From the NCBI GenBank assembly GCA_964580725.1, contig CAZOLV010000002.1:24577-88576 (forward strand): 64,000 nt of DNA, in the 5' to 3' direction. Shown here piece by piece: positions 55,508-64,000 of the stretch (the stretch's first letter is position 1; each line of letters begins with the position of its first letter). The translations under genes were made by a program, and so were the position numbers. The notes beneath the pieces are model-generated. The model ran no database searches. It was not told the DNA's origin and worked only from the letters and a program-made list of their open reading frames with translations. This DNA is from an uncultured Anaerolineae bacterium (lineage in GTDB: Bacteria > Chloroflexota > Anaerolineae > SSC4 > Amarolineaceae).

Positions 55508-57007
55508 TCAGGGGCCGACTTGCCAGACGGGGCCGGCGGGCGTTAGATCATAGCGCAAGGCAATGTCCTCGCTCGGATCGGTGATGTAGACAGGGCGGGC
55601 GTCGAGTTGATCGGCGATGAGGGCGCTGATGTCTGGCCCGGCCTCGGCGGAGAGCAGGGGCCAACGCTGCGCCAGGCGGCGGCGATACCAGGCGTAGTTC
55701 CAAAGCGTGCGTTCGACGATGATCACGTCGGGGCGCTGACCCAGGCCATCTTGCACGTACCAGAGCGCAAAGGTGTGTTCGTCGCCGTCGCTGACCAGCA
55801 GGGCTTGGGGAGCAGCGGCGGCCAGCGCGGCTTGACCAAAGCGCCGGGCGGCGCTGTCGTGGCTGAGATCAACCATCGCCCAGTTTTGCCAGAGCAGCGC
55901 CAGGGGCAGTAATCCCGCCAGGCCGATCCAGGCTGCGGCGCGGGCCGCCCGTCGCCAGGACGGCTGGCTGCGCCGGGCGAAAAAATCGGCCAGGGCCAAC
56001 ACGCCGGCCGCCTGCCAGAGGGCCGCCAGCCAAAAAACGGGCAGTAGATAAACGAAGGCATCGGCGGTTGCGTAGCCCAGGGCGTAAAGAGCGCAGCCAA
56101 AGGCCGTTGCGCCGGTTGTCAAGATCAGGCGGCGGGGTTGCGTCGCCAGGCCCAGGCCGGTAAACGCCAGGCCAGGCCAGAGCAGCGGTTGGGCCAGGCC
56201 GCGTGACCAATCGCCCAGGCGCACCCACATCTCGGCGGGGGTCAGGCCGAAGAGGGCGCCGCGGTAGAGTTGGGCGCTGACCAGTTGCCAGAAGCCGAGC
56301 GGGGTCGAGGGATCGCCCCAGACGAGCGGCGGTTGGCGGCTGGCGCTGAACGGCAGGTAGAGGTAGACAGCCAGGCCGGCCAGAGCGGGCAGCGCCAGAT
56401 CGGCGGCGGCCGTCAGCATTGCCTGTCGCCAGGGATGAGGCGTAAGGCGGCGGGGGCAAGGCAGGTTGGGCAGGAAGAGCGGCGCCAGGCAGACGAGCGA
56501 GAGGTGGTTGCCCAGGCCCAGGCCAAAGACGAATGCGGCAATGCGGCGACGGGTAGGACGGTTGGCAGCGGGCGGCAGGATCAGAGCGCAGATGAGGGCG
56601 ACGAAAAAGATGTGCAGGGCGTAGACTTCGACCAGGATCGCCTGCGACCAGAAGGTGAACTGAAAGGCCAGTGTCAGCGAGGCGCATACCGCTGCCAGGG
56701 CGACGCCGCGTCGCCCCGCCCACAGCCGTTGCGCCAGCCAGACCAGCAGTGCAACGGCGCCCGCCGCGCTCAGTGCCGAGAGCAGGCCGATGCGCTGTGC
56801 CAATTCACCAGTGGGCAGTTGGGCAAAGAGCCAGGCGAGCAGCGTCCAGGTGGGATAGCCGGGCGGATGGGGAACTCCCAGAACCGCGGCGGCGACGGCC
56901 AGTTCGCCGCTGTCCGCTCCGTGGTGACGCCAGGTGATGGTCGGCGCCAGGGTAGCCAGGTAGACGAGCAGCGCCGCCAGTCCGCTCAACAAGGAGACGC
57001 GCGTCAT
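55508..57007 (-). CDS. DUF2723 family membrane protein (TMEM260-like GT-C glycosyltransferase)
   Basis: YLATLAPT...DSGEL...LGVPHPPGYP, FWSQA..EVY, GLGLGNH, YLYLP, DEHTFALWY.Q...RPDV. Confidence 0.87.
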   Translation of the reverse strand: MTRVSLLSGLAALLVYLATLAPTITWRHHGADSGELAVAAAVLGVPHPPGYPTWTLLAWLFAQLPTGELAQRIGLLSALSAAGAVALLVWLAQRLWAGRRGVALAAVCASLTLAFQFTFWSQAILVEVYALHIFFVALICALILPPAANRPTRRRIAAFVFGLGLGNHLSLVCLAPLFLPNLPCPRRLTPHPWRQAMLTAAADLALPALAGLAVYLYLPFSASRQPPLVWGDPSTPLGFWQLVSAQLYRGALFGLTPAEMWVRLGDWSRGLAQPLLWPGLAFTGLGLATQPRRLILTTGATAFGCALYALGYATADAFVYLLPVFWLAALWQAAGVLALADFFARRSQPSWRRAARAAAWIGLAGLLPLALLWQNWAMVDLSHDSAARRFGQAALAAAAPQALLVSDGDEHTFALWYVQDGLGQRPDVIIVERTLWNYAWYRRRLAQRWPLLSAEAGPDISALIADQLDARPVYITDPSEDIALRYDLTPAGPVWQVGP

Positions 57008-57024
57008 GACCGAGCCGGCGGGAT

Positions 57025-57837
57025 TCAGAAACCGGCGTCCAGGTACGGGTCGCTGCCGACGGGCGGCAGGAAGGCAGGCGGCAGGCCGACGGTCAGGATG
57101 GCGCTGCGATCGGCGGTGTGCGCTGCGATGTCGAGCACGGAGCCGCGGGGGACGCCGCTGCCAACGCTGAACTGTAACACCAGCGTCTGCGCCTCATTGG
57201 GCTGGACGTTGGTCAGCCGCCAGAGGCGGCGACCAGCGTCGAATGCGCCGGCGCTGGCCTGACCGCCGTTCAACGTGAAGGCCGGCGGCGCGCTCAGCGT
57301 CACCTCGCCCAGTTCGAGCTGTACGGTGCCGATGTTGACCGCCTGCAGGCTGACGGTGAAGACCTGGCCGGGGATCAGCATCTGTGGGCCGCTGATGGCG
57401 ACGCCGAGACCGGCGGTGGCCGGCGGCGCGGTAGGAGTGGGCGTAACGCCGGGAACCAGCGTCGAGGTGGGCGTGGCGGTGTCTGGCAGCGCCGTGGCGG
57501 TGACCGGGGGCGCGATCGGCGTGTCGGTGGCGCCCGGTTCTGGCGTGTCGGTGGGATCGGGACGCGGGGTGGAGGTGGGCTGCACCGGCGTGGGGGTGAC
57601 GGTTGGCGGCTCGGCGGTAGGGGCATTGGTCGGCGTCACCGTGGGCGGAGCCAGTGTGGCCGTGGCCGTTGGCGGCTCTGGGGTGGGTGTGCGGGTGGGC
57701 ACGGTCTGATACCACGCCTCGCGCGTGTCGCCGGTGCGAGCTTTGGCCCGTGCGGGCAAGAAAACCAGGCCGGCCAGAATCGTCGCCGCAGCGATGATCG
57801 CAACAAGCGTGGAAAGATGCCTGTTCAACCAGCGCAT
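57025..57837 (-). CDS. Exported Pro/Thr-rich protein with a C-terminal DUF11-like Ig domain
   Basis: GGAGGT RBS; N-terminal hydrophobic helix; long PT linker; PGQVFTVSLQAVNIG; ends FLPPVGSDPYLDAGF. Confidence 0.75.
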   Translation of the reverse strand: MRWLNRHLSTLVAIIAAATILAGLVFLPARAKARTGDTREAWYQTVPTRTPTPEPPTATATLAPPTVTPTNAPTAEPPTVTPTPVQPTSTPRPDPTDTPEPGATDTPIAPPVTATALPDTATPTSTLVPGVTPTPTAPPATAGLGVAISGPQMLIPGQVFTVSLQAVNIGTVQLELGEVTLSAPPAFTLNGGQASAGAFDAGRRLWRLTNVQPNEAQTLVLQFSVGSGVPRGSVLDIAAHTADRSAILTVGLPPAFLPPVGSDPYLDAGF

Positions 57838-57847
57838 GATGTCACCT

Positions 57848-57990
57848 CCATCGTCATCGTCATGATCGTCATCGTCATGATCGTCATCGCCATGATCGTC
57901 TTCGCCATGATCGTCTTCGCCATGATCGTCTTCGCCATGATCGTCATGATCGTCATTATCTTCGTCATCATCATGATCGTCGTCGTCATC
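57848..57990 (-). repeat. Low-complexity tandem repeat with Asp/His coding potential
   Basis: Minus strand repeats of GACGATCATGGCGAA / GACGATCATGACGAT reading DDDDDHDDDEDNDDHDDHGEDDHGEDDHGEDDHGDDDHDDDDHDDDD. Confidence 0.85.
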
Positions 57991-58089
57991 GAGAAATCAC
58001 CCGCAGAGGATCCAGAAGCTGCCAGACACAACTGGGCAAGCGTCCAGCGGGAATCTCCCGTCGTTTCATCGTCTCGCGGTGATTCTGTC

Positions 58090-59757
58090 TCAATACGATC
58101 CTTCGCCGCGCAAGACGGCGGGCAAGGTTCTGAGCAGAATGGTCAGGTCGCGTGCGAGGGAGTAGTGCTCGATGTAGTCCACTTCGAGCGCAACGCGCTG
58201 CGCCAGCGTCAGATCGCCGCGACCGTTGATCTGCATCGGGCCGGTCATGCCCGGCTTGACCGCCAGGCGCCGGCGCTGCCAGTCATTGTAACGGGCGACC
58301 AGGGCCGCCTCTTCGGGGCGAGGTCCCACCAGGCTCATCTCGCCACGCAAGACATTGACGAACTGCGGCAGCTCGTCCAGGCTGAAGCGGCGTAGCCAGC
58401 GCCCCACCCGCGTCACGCGCGGATCGTTGCGCACTTTGTAGGCCGGTTCCTGCAGGGCGTCCAGGTCAACCACCTCATGGCGGCGCGCCTCGGCATTATG
58501 CACCATCGAGCGGAATTTGACCAATCGGAAGGGCCGCCCGTTGGCGCCCACCCGCGTTTGTGTGAAGAAGATGGGGCCGGGGCTGTCGAGCTTGATGGCG
58601 ACAGCGATGAAGAGCATCGGGATGAGGCTGACCGCCAGCCCCAGGCTGGCGCCGATCAGGTCGAGCAGGCGCTTGGCGGCGCGCTGGCGGGCGTTGAGCA
58701 GCGGACGCCGTGCGCCGGACGCGTCGCCGCGAAAATGAATCTGCCCGGCGGCAAAGCCAGCCGTCAGGGTCAGCGCACGCACAGCCAGCATGAAAGGCGC
58801 CAGCAGACCAACGGGCAAGTCCTTGCGCAATGCTTTCCAGGTGAAGGGCAGGGCCGTCAGCAGGAAGGCCAGCGCCGTCGCGCCGGCGCCCCAGCGGGCC
58901 GGCGTCCAGAAGAGCGCCGCCGGCAGCAGTGCCGCCGTCAGGCTGGCCAGGCCCATCTGCACCTTGAGCACCTGCGGTGTATGCGAGTCCTTGAACAGGC
59001 GCTCCGGCAGCCAGCGCGTCAGCAGTGCCTTGTAGTAACCGATGAAGAACTTGCGGCGGATGTACTCGCGCAGGTTGTGGTCGTGCTGGTGATAGACCTG
59101 CGCCGCCGATGCAAAGACGAGACGGTAGCCCTTCTGCGCCAGGCGGAAGGAAAACTCCTGGTCTTCGACCGAGGCGGTGGCGAAGATCGTGTCGAAGCCG
59201 CCGTTTTCCAGGAAGAGCGCACGGCGGTAAGCGGCCGAATAGGTGTCAATGAAGTCAATCGAGGCGCGCTGGCGCATGCGGTCGTAGCGGTCTTCGTATT
59301 CGACCTGGACGAAACGCGGGGTCAGTTCGCGCTGGCGGGTGAGGTATGCGCCCTTGACGCCCACCACGTCGGGATCGTTGAAGGGACGGATCATGGCGGC
59401 AAGCCAGCCGGGGGCCGGTTCGCAGTCGCTATCGGTAAACAGGACGATCTCGCCGGAGGCTGCGGCCACGCCGTGATTGCGGGCGGCGGCCGGCCCCTGG
59501 TTGGCCTGCACGATGACCTGTGCGCCCAGGCTGCGCGCCAGTTCGGCGGTGCCATCGTGCGAGCCGTCGTCCACGACGATCACCTCGACCGGCGGCTCGA
59601 ATTGCCGCGCCTGTGCTATGAGGGCCTGCAGACCGGCGCCCAGCGTGCGCTCGGCATCGAAGGCCGGAATGACGACAGACAGCGGGATGGCCGCCGGCTG
59701 CGGCGGCGTCGCTGGCGCGAGATGCAATGGTGAAGGTGTCTGTGCGATGGGCGTCAT
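58090..59757 (-). CDS. Fusion of a GT2 glycosyltransferase and a priming polyprenyl phosphoglycosyl transferase (Bac_transf)
   Basis: [36 protein letters not shown]; then [48 protein letters not shown]. Confidence 0.92.
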   Translation of the reverse strand: MTPIAQTPSPLHLAPATPPQPAAIPLSVVIPAFDAERTLGAGLQALIAQARQFEPPVEVIVVDDGSHDGTAELARSLGAQVIVQANQGPAAARNHGVAAASGEIVLFTDSDCEPAPGWLAAMIRPFNDPDVVGVKGAYLTRQRELTPRFVQVEYEDRYDRMRQRASIDFIDTYSAAYRRALFLENGGFDTIFATASVEDQEFSFRLAQKGYRLVFASAAQVYHQHDHNLREYIRRKFFIGYYKALLTRWLPERLFKDSHTPQVLKVQMGLASLTAALLPAALFWTPARWGAGATALAFLLTALPFTWKALRKDLPVGLLAPFMLAVRALTLTAGFAAGQIHFRGDASGARRPLLNARQRAAKRLLDLIGASLGLAVSLIPMLFIAVAIKLDSPGPIFFTQTRVGANGRPFRLVKFRSMVHNAEARRHEVVDLDALQEPAYKVRNDPRVTRVGRWLRRFSLDELPQFVNVLRGEMSLVGPRPEEAALVARYNDWQRRRLAVKPGMTGPMQINGRGDLTLAQRVALEVDYIEHYSLARDLTILLRTLPAVLRGEGSY

Positions 59758-60878
59758 GCCTTACTCCCCCGACGCCCGCGCAGATGCCAGGGCAGCGCCA
59801 GGCCTCCAACAATCATCAGGGTCAGCGGAGCGACGGCATAGAGCAAGATGCCCACAGCAAAGCCGGCTTCGGGTTCGAATCCAAACCAGGCCAGCGTCAA
59901 CTGGCAGAGGTATTGAAAGACGCCGATCTTACCGGGCGAGCTGGGTACGGCAATGCCGGCCTGCAGCACGGCCAGCAGGGCAAAAGAGACGATCCAGTCG
60001 CCGGGGAGGTGCAGCGCCAGCAGCGTCAGGTAGTTGGTCGCGCCGGCCAGCAGCCAGACCAGGAGCGACCAGAGCGAAATTTTCAACACGATGGTCGGGT
60101 AGCGCAGGGCGTTCAAGCCGCGCAGGGCGGCGTCGAGCAGACCAAGCCAGCGCAGGCCGCGTTCGTTGGGCAACCGCTGCAGCAGGGCGCGCGCCAGGGC
60201 CAGCCAGCGTTGGCGCCAGCGCAGGGCAATGATCGCGCCAGCCAGTAGGATCAGGGTGACGAGGAGTAGGGAGCCGCGGCGGGCGGTCAACGGATTTGCG
60301 CCAGCGGTTGCAACCAGAGCCGGCGTCAAGGCCAGGATGCAGAGCGCCAGCATGGCCAGATCGCTGATTTTTTCGACGGCGATGGTGGCCAGAGTTTGGG
60401 TTTTGCTTTCGCCAAACCGCTCGCCGACGAGAAAGGCGCGCACCAGTTCGCCGCCGCGCAGCGGGATGGCGAGTGTGACGGCCTGGCCGCTCAGCAGGAT
60501 GCCGAAGAGAGAGAGTGTGGGCAGATGACGATGCTGTGGAAAGAAGAGCAGGCGCCAGCGCGCCGCTTTGGCCAGGTTGGTGACCAGGATCGAGAGCAGG
60601 GCCAGCGCCGTCCAGCCGGGCTGCGCCTGGCGCAAGCTGTTCAGCACAGCTTGCCCGTCCAGGTCACGTAGGGCCAGCCAGAGGCAGATCAGGCTGATGG
60701 CCAGCCCAGGCGCCATACGCACCCAGGCCGGGACAGCGTGCGCCGTTGGGGCCGGGGCGGCAGTCGTATCTTGATTCTCTGCAACGAGGAGAGCGGCTTC
60801 GTCGCTCCCCATGCCCGTGCCGGCGGCGGCCCCCGTGCCCGTCGGGGGGCGCCGGCGGCGATGGCTGACGCTGGTCAA
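59754..60878 (-). CDS. Lysylphosphatidylglycerol synthase TM / UPF0104 flippase-like protein
   Basis: KAARWRLL, PLRGGELVRA, ATIAVEKISD, VPSSPGKIGVFQ. Start uncertain. Confidence 0.82.
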   Translation of the reverse strand: MTSVSHRRRRPPTGTGAAAGTGMGSDEAALLVAENQDTTAAPAPTAHAVPAWVRMAPGLAISLICLWLALRDLDGQAVLNSLRQAQPGWTALALLSILVTNLAKAARWRLLFFPQHRHLPTLSLFGILLSGQAVTLAIPLRGGELVRAFLVGERFGESKTQTLATIAVEKISDLAMLALCILALTPALVATAGANPLTARRGSLLLVTLILLAGAIIALRWRQRWLALARALLQRLPNERGLRWLGLLDAALRGLNALRYPTIVLKISLWSLLVWLLAGATNYLTLLALHLPGDWIVSFALLAVLQAGIAVPSSPGKIGVFQYLCQLTLAWFGFEPEAGFAVGILLYAVAPLTLMIVGGLALPWHLRGRRGSKA

Positions 60879-62614
60879 TCGGAACGACCGGATGGGAAGA
60901 TTGCGCCGAGCCGGCGGGCGGCGGAGCGCAGGGAGCCGGCGCCGTTGCGGCGCTCCTGACCTGGCGGCGCGGCGGCGCCATCCGAACTGCCGTCCGATGG
61001 TCCGCGGCCGTTGGTGCTGCGCTGCTTTTTGTCGCCGTCGCCTTCACGATCGCTGTAGTAGTGATGATAGTAGTAGTAGCCATCGGTGGTGGCAGGGCTG
61101 AGGCGGTTGAGCGCCACGCCGAGGATATGGGCGTTCACTTTGCGCAGCTCTTCGGAAGCGCGGCGCGCCAACGGTTCGCGCGTCTCGCCCGAATCAATCA
61201 CCAGCAAGACACCGTCGAGCTGACGGGCGAGCACGGCGGCGTCGGTCACGGCCAGTGCTGGCGGGCTGTCAAAGATCACCACGTCGGCCACGTTACACAG
61301 CGTTTCGATCAGATCGCGCATACGCTGCGAGCCGAGCAGTTCGGAGGGATTGGGCGGCAAAGGCCCACTGACCAGGACAGACAGGTTCTTGATCTGGGTC
61401 GGCTGAATCATCTGCGGCAGCGACGAGGCGTCGGGCGCCGTCAGGAGCGCGCTGGTCAAACCCACGTTGTTGGGCACGTCGAATACCTTGTGGATGACGG
61501 GCCGGCGCAGGTCGGTGTCAACCAGCACGACCTTTTGACCTGTCTGGGCAATGACGATGGCCAGGTTGGCCGCGGTGGTGCTTTTGCCTTCGCTCGGATT
61601 GGCGCTGGTGACCAGCAGCGTGTGCAGCGGCTTGTCGAGGCTGGAAAATTGGAGGTTGGTGCGCAGGATGCGATACGCCTCGGAAATGGGAGACTTGGGA
61701 TTGAGGAAGGTCACGAGCTGGCGTTCGCCGTTGGCGTCGTTGTTGTCCTGCCGGGTGCGCGGGATCGCGCCAAGCGTCGTCAGTTGTAGTGTGGCGCCCA
61801 CTTCGTCCGGGGTCTTGAGAGTATCGTCGAGGTATTCGATCACCAGGACGCCGCCAACCGAAAGCACCATGCCGACTAGCAGGCCGAGGATAGTGTTCAA
61901 CAACACGCGCGGCCGGATCGGCTTCTTGGGCACCTCGGCCGGTTCGACGACCGAAATGGTGTCGGTGGCGCGCGCCTCGTTCAGGCGCAGGTCCTCGAAG
62001 CTCTTGACCAGGTTGGCGTAGCTGTTGCGATACTGGAGCAGACTGTCACGGAAGCGTGATAGATCGGCCTCTTGAGCGCTGGTGCGAGTCTGAATCGCTT
62101 CCAGTTCGGCGATCTTCATCTGCACCTGGGAGATGTTGGTGGACAGAGAGCGGATCTCTTTGTCCAGGCTTTCGCGCAACCCCTTGAACTTCTGCAGTTG
62201 GCGCTCGGAGTGCTGTTCGATGAAGATTTCGGGGATGGTGTTGGCGATTTGTGTAGCCAGTTCACGATCTGGGTCTTCGACATCCACACGAATCAACTGG
62301 GTGTCCTGGATCGGCTCGACGGAAATATCCGACTTCAGCTCGACCAACCCCAGGCGCGCCGTGACGGCATCCAGAACGGGACGCGTCAGCATCAACTGGG
62401 CAAACGTTTGCGCCTGGCGTTCGCTGGCGATGATCGTTCCATAGATACTCTCATTGACGCTGGTCGCCTGGTCTACGAAAATCGAAGCGGTCGCCTGGTA
62501 GATCGGGGTACTGTTGCGGCTGATGACGTAGGTGACGACACCGATCAACACGGTGCCCAAGAGCACGAACCAGAGCCAGCGACGTAGCATGGCCCCATAC
62601 TGACGTAATTCCAT
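60875..62614 (-). CDS. Polysaccharide co-polymerase tyrosine autokinase (Wzc/CapAB-like)
   Basis: Wzz-type N-terminus; EAYRILRTNL, TSANPSEGKST, VDTDLRRP, PPNPSELL, IFDSPP; tyrosine cluster GYYYYHHYY. Confidence 0.93.
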   Translation of the reverse strand: MELRQYGAMLRRWLWFVLLGTVLIGVVTYVISRNSTPIYQATASIFVDQATSVNESIYGTIIASERQAQTFAQLMLTRPVLDAVTARLGLVELKSDISVEPIQDTQLIRVDVEDPDRELATQIANTIPEIFIEQHSERQLQKFKGLRESLDKEIRSLSTNISQVQMKIAELEAIQTRTSAQEADLSRFRDSLLQYRNSYANLVKSFEDLRLNEARATDTISVVEPAEVPKKPIRPRVLLNTILGLLVGMVLSVGGVLVIEYLDDTLKTPDEVGATLQLTTLGAIPRTRQDNNDANGERQLVTFLNPKSPISEAYRILRTNLQFSSLDKPLHTLLVTSANPSEGKSTTAANLAIVIAQTGQKVVLVDTDLRRPVIHKVFDVPNNVGLTSALLTAPDASSLPQMIQPTQIKNLSVLVSGPLPPNPSELLGSQRMRDLIETLCNVADVVIFDSPPALAVTDAAVLARQLDGVLLVIDSGETREPLARRASEELRKVNAHILGVALNRLSPATTDGYYYYHHYYSDREGDGDKKQRSTNGRGPSDGSSDGAAAPPGQERRNGAGSLRSAARRLGAIFPSGRSD

Positions 62615-62653
62615 GAAAGAACCTCGAAAGAATCTCTTGAGATTTCAGAGCGA

Positions 62654-63367
62654 TCAAAACACCTGCGCCAGCCTGGCGATCACGATGACGCGGTGCGTGT
62701 TGCCAAACGACGGCCAACAGGTAATCAAAGTCAATGTCGCGTCTGGCGTTTGTTCCAGATATTTGGCGTTGGCCAGGCGCTGCTCCAACGGAGCGCCCGT
62801 CTCTGGCGCCAGTTCGATTCGCTGCACCCGATAGATCAGCCGCCGCCCCTGGTCGGTTTCCAGTTCGATGTCGCTGCCGACGGTCAGCCGCGGTGTGGGC
62901 CGGTCAATGTCCAGGCTGAGCGCCTCGAACACCTTGCCGGCGCTGTTGTTGTGACCCGAAATGACGGCATTGCCAACCATGCCTGGCGCTGCGCTGTTGA
63001 TATGATGGCCGGCGGCGTTTTCGGCGATCTCCCAAACTGTCGTGCGCTCGCCGTTGGCGCTGGTTTCGATGCGCCAACCGACCTCGATCACCGGGGCGTC
63101 GAGCTGCAGGGCCGGAATGCGCAGCCGTGTGGCCACTGAAGGCGCCGCCAGGGGCGTGGGGCCGATCTCCGGCGTGATCGGCGCCGTGGGGGTTGCGATT
63201 GCCTGCGTGGGGCGGGCCGTGAGCGTTGGAAGGGCAGCCGTCACGGTCGGCGTTGCGGCGGCGGCGGTGGGAGCGGCCGTCGGCGTGGAGGTTGGCTGGC
63301 CGCAGGCTGCCAGCATCAAGACGAGAATCACCAGGCCCTGGATGCCCGGCAGATGTTTGGCGTTCAT
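62654..63367 (-). CDS. Sortase, predicted lipoprotein
   Basis: LAAC lipobox; RLRIPALQLDAPV, ISGHN, TLITCWP...R catalytic His/Cys/Arg. Confidence 0.88.
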   Translation of the reverse strand: MNAKHLPGIQGLVILVLMLAACGQPTSTPTAAPTAAAATPTVTAALPTLTARPTQAIATPTAPITPEIGPTPLAAPSVATRLRIPALQLDAPVIEVGWRIETSANGERTTVWEIAENAAGHHINSAAPGMVGNAVISGHNNSAGKVFEALSLDIDRPTPRLTVGSDIELETDQGRRLIYRVQRIELAPETGAPLEQRLANAKYLEQTPDATLTLITCWPSFGNTHRVIVIARLAQVF

Positions 63368-63370
63368 GAA

Positions 63371-64000
63371 TCAGATCTTCGGATCCTTTGCTTGCAGATC
63401 ATCGAACAATGCCCCCGGCATGAGGGCGATCAGCAGACCGAACAGCAGCCAGAGGGTGAAAATGGGTCTGGCTCCTGGCGCAACGGCATCGGTCAGGCTG
63501 AAAAGATGAAAGGCGAGCAGGCTGGCCAGCAGGCCGCCGCTGATCGTGCGACCGGTCATCGTCGTTGCCCGCCGGTAAAGCTGCCACCCGCCTGCGGCGC
63601 ATAGCAGGAGCAGGGCGCTGTAGGCGATCAGCCCTGGGATGCCCATGTCAAGCGCCGTTTGCAGGAAGATGTTGTGCGCATGTCCCACATCGGCCAGCAC
63701 CGGGTCAACCGTGAAGAAGGGCGCATAGGCGATGGCCAGGTAGCGAAAGGCGCCAAGACCGACGCCGGTGAGGGGAAAATCGGCGATGGCGGTCAGCGCA
63801 CGCTGCCAGATGTCGAGCCGCCCGATCAGGTTGGCTGGATCGGCGCCAGGCAGCGCCAACAGCCAGGCGCCGCTGCTGCGCAGATACCAGACGAGACCGG
63901 CCAGGAAGAGCGGGGCCAGCACGAGCAAGCGTCGTTGCCACACGACTGCGGCGACGGCGGCGGTCAGGGCCAATCCCAGAATGGCGCTGCGCGACTGGGT
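63371..64000 (-). CDS. O-antigen ligase family membrane protein (5' end outside window)
   Basis: TQSRSA, GRLDIWQRA...DFPLTGVGLG.F, HAHNIFLQTALDMGIPGL. Confidence 0.85.
   Translation of the reverse strand, partial: TQSRSAILGLALTAAVAAVVWQRRLLVLAPLFLAGLVWYLRSSGAWLLALPGADPANLIGRLDIWQRALTAIADFPLTGVGLGAFRYLAIAYAPFFTVDPVLADVGHAHNIFLQTALDMGIPGLIAYSALLLLCAAGGWQLYRRATTMTGRTISGGLLASLLAFHLFSLTDAVAPGARPIFTLWLLFGLLIALMPGALFDDLQAKDPKI

Noticed and set aside
57817..58395. Hydrophobic (MIVIV/MIVFA)n and (MAKTI)n ORFs over the repeat
   Set aside because: These are alternative-frame readings of the Asp/His tandem repeat.
1..64000. CRISPR array, tRNA, rRNA, integrase or transposase genes
   Set aside because: No regularly spaced repeat-spacer series, cloverleaf, rRNA-like stretch, or tyrosine/serine/DDE recombinase motifs were recognised by eye.

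Overview
GC-rich bacterial DNA. The gene content (sortase, many Pro/Thr-linker proteins, a SARP-ATPase fusion, tandem glgC paralogues, NarL/PAS kinases) suggests Chloroflexota, but that is inference. Left to right: (1) a 5'-truncated SARP(BTAD)-AAA ATPase-TPR protein fused to an OppA-like ligand-binding domain, followed by a 72-aa ORF whose promoter carries a perfect 11-bp direct repeat and whose transcript ends in a structured tail and terminator; (2) a membrane protein and a class A PBP; (3) an NAD-linked formate dehydrogenase operon; (4) a deleted Uma2-like gene and a miniature inverted-repeat element; (5) a penicillin-acylase-family gene, two glgC paralogues, an SH3 protein and a YaeQ-like gene; (6) a long minus-strand glycan/envelope region (about 22.5-64 kb) interrupted by two islands. 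One island is a decayed integron-cassette-like array with an intact higBA module, an attC site, restriction-modification-like remnants and a second MITE copy. The other is a roughly 12-kb PAS/two-component island bracketed by imperfect direct repeats, with an RHS remnant. I recognised no CRISPR array, rRNA, tRNA, integrase or transposase. The best candidate for a novel system is the AfsR/AfsS-like module at 2-4056. All calls come from reading motifs by eye; no database search was run.
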